IMG/VR virus record: IMGVR_UViG_3300044846_000719
Span: 1-64,000 of that record
Strand: one strand, 5' to 3'
Origin: a virus
Length of the DNA stretch: 64,000 bases
Position numbers and translations under genes: made by a program. Shown piece by piece: positions 60,508 through 64,000 of this stretch (positions are counted from its first letter, which is position 1; each line of letters starts with the position of its first letter). The notes beneath the pieces were generated by a model. That model saw only the letters and a list, made by a program, of their open reading frames with translations. It did not search any database and was not told the DNA's origin.

Positions 60508-62844
60508 TTAATCTAAATACTCAATACCATAACCCTGACTAATAAGATTCTGAATCTCATTGTCATCTAATTCTAACATTTGTCCTTCAGTCATACCACC
60601 CATTTGTTTTTTCCAACCAGCAGCATTTCTAGCAAAGTTAGCTCTTTTTACTTGTGTAGAACTATAGTCTTCTTTATTTGCAAGTACTTTACTAGCAAAC
60701 TCTTGTACACCCATACCAGCTCTATTAGCTGAAGCAGTAAACTTTCCTTTGTTTGCAGGATTAATATTTATACCACCATAAGCCATTTGAGGAGATTGTC
60801 CTTGTTGAATAGCCTGCATAATTTGCTGAATAGCTTGTTGCTGTTCTTCTGGAGACATTGCCTGAAGTTGCTTAATGATTTGTTGAGGATCTGTCTGTGT
60901 CATTTGAGCATACATCTGTATAGCCTGCATAATCTGATCTTCTACCTGACCTTGACCACCTTGCTGATACATGTTACCACCTTTCATCATGTTGTACATA
61001 GCATCCATATCCATTTGACCACCATACATATCAGTACTACCACCATAATTAAATCTTCCAACTTGTTGATCAAATGCAGTCTTCTCTAAGTTAGTACCTT
61101 GATTTAATACCATACCTGTGTTAGGATCTACGGCTTGACTAAATGTAGTACCTGAAGAAATATTTCCTTTAGGATTACTAAATATCATGCGTCCTGTTTG
61201 ATCAGTGACTGATTGAGGATTAGAAGATTGATAATAAGAATAAATATCGTTACGTGATGGCATATCTTTTACACCTGTTACACCAGAACTCTTAAGATCT
61301 TGAAGTTGTCGATTATAATACTGTTCAAATCTAGGATCACTGCCTACACCTGGAGACATAAATGTATTAATAGGTGCACTACCAATATCACCACCTTCTG
61401 CCATGTTAGATAAAATTTTAGCCTGTACATATTCTGGTAGTGCCTGAAACCCAGGATTATTAGTACCACCATATGCACGTTTACCCATATCCCATTTCTG
61501 CCTCGTTGTCGGATCAGGGGTGTTGTGTTGTGGGTTTTCACTGTAATACCTATTCTTTCCACGGGCTAATCTAGCGTCAGCTGCAATCATACCAATAGTC
61601 CCTGCGATACTAGCAGCAATTTCACCAATGTCTAAAGCTTTTTTATTTCTAGCTTTTTTATCTTCAGCATCAGTAATAGCCTTAAATGGAACTTCTTTTA
61701 CTGGACCACCTTCTTCTGGTTGTCCACCTTGTGCCCATGTACCAAATCTTTTGTGCCAATATAGAGGAGAGAAAGGATCTGTAGCTTTAGCTGAATTCTT
61801 ACCACCCATTCTATTCCAAAAATTATCTTTACGCTTATTTGAACCATGCTGGCTAAAATCTTTCATACCAACATAACCACCGTGTACAATTTTATATTTG
61901 TCACCTTTCTTAGCTAGCACCATCCACTTCTTACCGGCTCTATCTGATTTTCTTTTAGCACCTACTTTAGTAAAACCTCTACTCTTATAGCGCTGAGGAA
62001 TGCCGCCCATTTTCATTTGTTCCATTTCCCCCATATTCATATCAGCATCTTCCTCTTCTTCGATACCTCCTGATTCTTCATTGTACTGCATATAATCAGA
62101 AACACTATTTAAGTAGTCATCTGCCAATGTAATCTTACTAGCTACCCAAGGCTCAATTTCACTATCAGCATTTACAAATTTTTGTAAGTTAGATAGTCTA
62201 TCATGCATTGCCATGATCTGACCAATAGCCATTTCACCACCTTCATCATAATAGTTATCACGCATCATCATCCCGGTACCACCCATTTGCATAGCAGGCA
62301 TACCCACAAGATTCATAGCTAACTTAGCCATTTGCATTTTATCACCACCACCATTATCTGAGCCACCACCCATATTTTGAGCAGCATTATCTACATTTTT
62401 ACCAATAGCCATAGCACCATTATAAAGCATATCACCAATAGCACCCATAGGATTGTTTTGTTCATCCTGTTGAGCTTTCTGCATATATGCCATCATATTC
62501 TGATCATAGTTAGGATATTGGAATATCTGCTGGTCTTGTAAACCACCACCGGTCTGTGCTTTTCTATATCCACCACCACGACTCTTATATGTCTTAACTA
62601 ACCATGCTGAACCATAAGCTGAAGGCCACGTATCAAATTTAGATTTAGCCTCTGATTTAACACGAGAATATAACCCAGGATTAGTTGGAACATTACCACC
62701 GCTTTTCATTTCTACAGCTTGTGGATAGGCTTTAAAAAATGCTTCTTCTGTAGGGAACATATTATAGAATTCCTTCTCAGATTTAACACCAGCCATTTTT
62801 AAAAATTTATCTTTCATTTTAGTTATTTGTATTTGTTTAGCCAA
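60508..62844 (-). CDS. Putative internal head polyprotein with repeated xxxGG motifs (778 aa)
   Basis: About 15 motifs of the type (A/M/Y)(Q/E/K/Y)xGG separating short domains; Met/Gln-rich. Confidence 0.65.
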   Translation of the reverse strand: MAKQIQITKMKDKFLKMAGVKSEKEFYNMFPTEEAFFKAYPQAVEMKSGGNVPTNPGLYSRVKSEAKSKFDTWPSAYGSAWLVKTYKSRGGGYRKAQTGGGLQDQQIFQYPNYDQNMMAYMQKAQQDEQNNPMGAIGDMLYNGAMAIGKNVDNAAQNMGGGSDNGGGDKMQMAKLAMNLVGMPAMQMGGTGMMMRDNYYDEGGEMAIGQIMAMHDRLSNLQKFVNADSEIEPWVASKITLADDYLNSVSDYMQYNEESGGIEEEEDADMNMGEMEQMKMGGIPQRYKSRGFTKVGAKRKSDRAGKKWMVLAKKGDKYKIVHGGYVGMKDFSQHGSNKRKDNFWNRMGGKNSAKATDPFSPLYWHKRFGTWAQGGQPEEGGPVKEVPFKAITDAEDKKARNKKALDIGEIAASIAGTIGMIAADARLARGKNRYYSENPQHNTPDPTTRQKWDMGKRAYGGTNNPGFQALPEYVQAKILSNMAEGGDIGSAPINTFMSPGVGSDPRFEQYYNRQLQDLKSSGVTGVKDMPSRNDIYSYYQSSNPQSVTDQTGRMIFSNPKGNISSGTTFSQAVDPNTGMVLNQGTNLEKTAFDQQVGRFNYGGSTDMYGGQMDMDAMYNMMKGGNMYQQGGQGQVEDQIMQAIQMYAQMTQTDPQQIIKQLQAMSPEEQQQAIQQIMQAIQQGQSPQMAYGGININPANKGKFTASANRAGMGVQEFASKVLANKEDYSSTQVKRANFARNAAGWKKQMGGMTEGQMLELDDNEIQNLISQGYGIEYLD

Positions 62845-63998
62845 CTAGTTTGACCACCTTTTTTTTGTTCTTGTAATTGAGATGCTGCAGCTGCTCCTAC
62901 TGCTAATGGAGCTACTGCCGGAAGTCTATTTAAAACATCTGTAAGTAATTTACTATTTGCTTTAGTAGGCTCCATAAAATCAAAAATTCTAGTATTACTT
63001 GAAAAGTTACCAGTATTTTTATTATAGACACCCATAGGATTCTTTTTAAAGTATTTATAAGCATTCTGTATTTGTTGTTGATTTATAGGAGTATAATAAT
63101 CAGGAATAAATCCTTTTTGAAACATACTCTCTCTTAATTCATTTGCAAATGCTGTAGGCTCACTACCTGAACTTCCTTTCATAAAATATTTATAACCCCT
63201 TTGATCACTAGGTTTTAATTGTTTTTTAGGAACAATATTTTTTAAACCTGTATCTAAAGATAATTTTCTTCCTCTTTGTAAAACATGTCCAATTTCATGC
63301 ATTTCTGTTGGTACGTCACCTACAAAATTATAACCCATACCTATTTCACCAGGAATAGATTTACTATAATTTGGTGTAGGTTTTTTTAAATTAAGAGTTC
63401 CAGAACTTTTTACAAATTGATCATACAAAGAGGCTGGTCGATGATAAGCATTATTATATAAATAACTATCTTCTACAAAAGGATTTGTTAAACCAGTACC
63501 TAAAAAATTAGTATTTGCGTATTCTGTAGCTTCTTTATTTACGTTCTTAACATTTTTTAATTCTTCAATTCTTGCTTTTGCATTAATTTTAGCCACTCTA
63601 TCTATAACACTTAAATCAGTATCTGTATTATCAAATAGATATGCTTTTTCTTGTTCAACAAGTCTTCTAAATCCTTCTTCAGATTCTAAATCAGCAACTC
63701 TTTTACCTACTGAATTATCTAAACTTCCAACTCCTTTTTCTAATTGTCTAAAAAAAGCATGTTCTGATATAGTATTAGGTTTGAGTTTATTAACATTAGC
63801 AACCGAAGATACATCTCCATACTGTATTCCAGAAACTGTATTAACATTATCTAAACTAACTGGTCTACCTTTTTGTAAACTTAAAGCTAATCTAGGATTT
63901 TTCTTTATTTGAGATTCTAATAAGTTACCTGCTTGTTGAGATAAACCTTTTATAAATTTCTGCCCCGTTCTTGTTAAACCGGCACCAACGTATGATAA
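62823..63998 (-). CDS. 5'-truncated protein with HEXXH zincin-like motif
   Basis: Frame stays open from 63596 to the window edge; MHEIGH...EPTAFANELR; C-terminal KKGG. Confidence 0.7.
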   Translation of the reverse strand, partial: LSYVGAGLTRTGQKFIKGLSQQAGNLLESQIKKNPRLALSLQKGRPVSLDNVNTVSGIQYGDVSSVANVNKLKPNTISEHAFFRQLEKGVGSLDNSVGKRVADLESEEGFRRLVEQEKAYLFDNTDTDLSVIDRVAKINAKARIEELKNVKNVNKEATEYANTNFLGTGLTNPFVEDSYLYNNAYHRPASLYDQFVKSSGTLNLKKPTPNYSKSIPGEIGMGYNFVGDVPTEMHEIGHVLQRGRKLSLDTGLKNIVPKKQLKPSDQRGYKYFMKGSSGSEPTAFANELRESMFQKGFIPDYYTPINQQQIQNAYKYFKKNPMGVYNKNTGNFSSNTRIFDFMEPTKANSKLLTDVLNRLPAVAPLAVGAAAASQLQEQKKGGQTSWLNKYK

Positions 63999-64000
63999 AG

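Noticed and set aside
36142-61876. Short + strand ORFs inside the giant genes
   Set aside because: Antisense shadows of long coding frames, with no motifs or expression signals.
1-64000. Stop-codon reassignment as in some crAss-like phages
   Set aside because: Standard-code ORFs tile the window densely, up to 4687 aa, and TAA, TAG and TGA all end genes at sensible boundaries.
1-64000. tRNA genes or CRISPR arrays
   Set aside because: The few intergenic gaps show simple hairpins only; no cloverleaf or repeat-spacer pattern was seen.

Overview
This 64 kb window is a fragment of an AT-rich crAss-like (Crassvirales-type) dsDNA phage genome, read with the standard genetic code. Several signals point to a Bacteroidota host: TAnnTTTG promoters, Q-rule signal peptides and a T9SS cargo protein. 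From 1 to ~24.1 kb the genes are mostly on the + strand: small early/accessory ORFs, then a replication/recombination block (SF2 helicase, NinB-like, UDG, DnaB, Sak4-like ATPase with SSB, primase, RusA, VWA-MoxR pair, PD-(D/E)XK nuclease, family B DNA polymerase, GroES). From ~24.1 kb to the end the genes are on the - strand. This arm holds PhoH, dCTP deaminase, three free-standing GIY-YIG/NUMOD3 endonucleases, lysis genes and the giant virion cargo genes, including a 4687-aa virion RNA polymerase (DFDIDK motif). The most unusual element is a tightly coupled cassette at ~26.1-33.4 kb, directly downstream of the endolysin. It encodes a CsgG/HfaB-like lipoprotein, a T9SS-exported cohesin/dockerin protein, a C-type lectin with a paralogous dockerin-like module, a probable outer-membrane beta-barrel with a Ser/Gly/Thr stalk, a secreted HEXXH peptidase and membrane proteins. 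Together these look like a phage-encoded kit for surface display or adhesion on the host cell. Other observations: GG-motif polyprotein-like cargo proteins, strong CCGG enrichment, apparently leaderless promoters, structured 5' UTRs and several small ORFs missing from the ORF track. All functional calls come from motifs recognised by eye; no searches were run.
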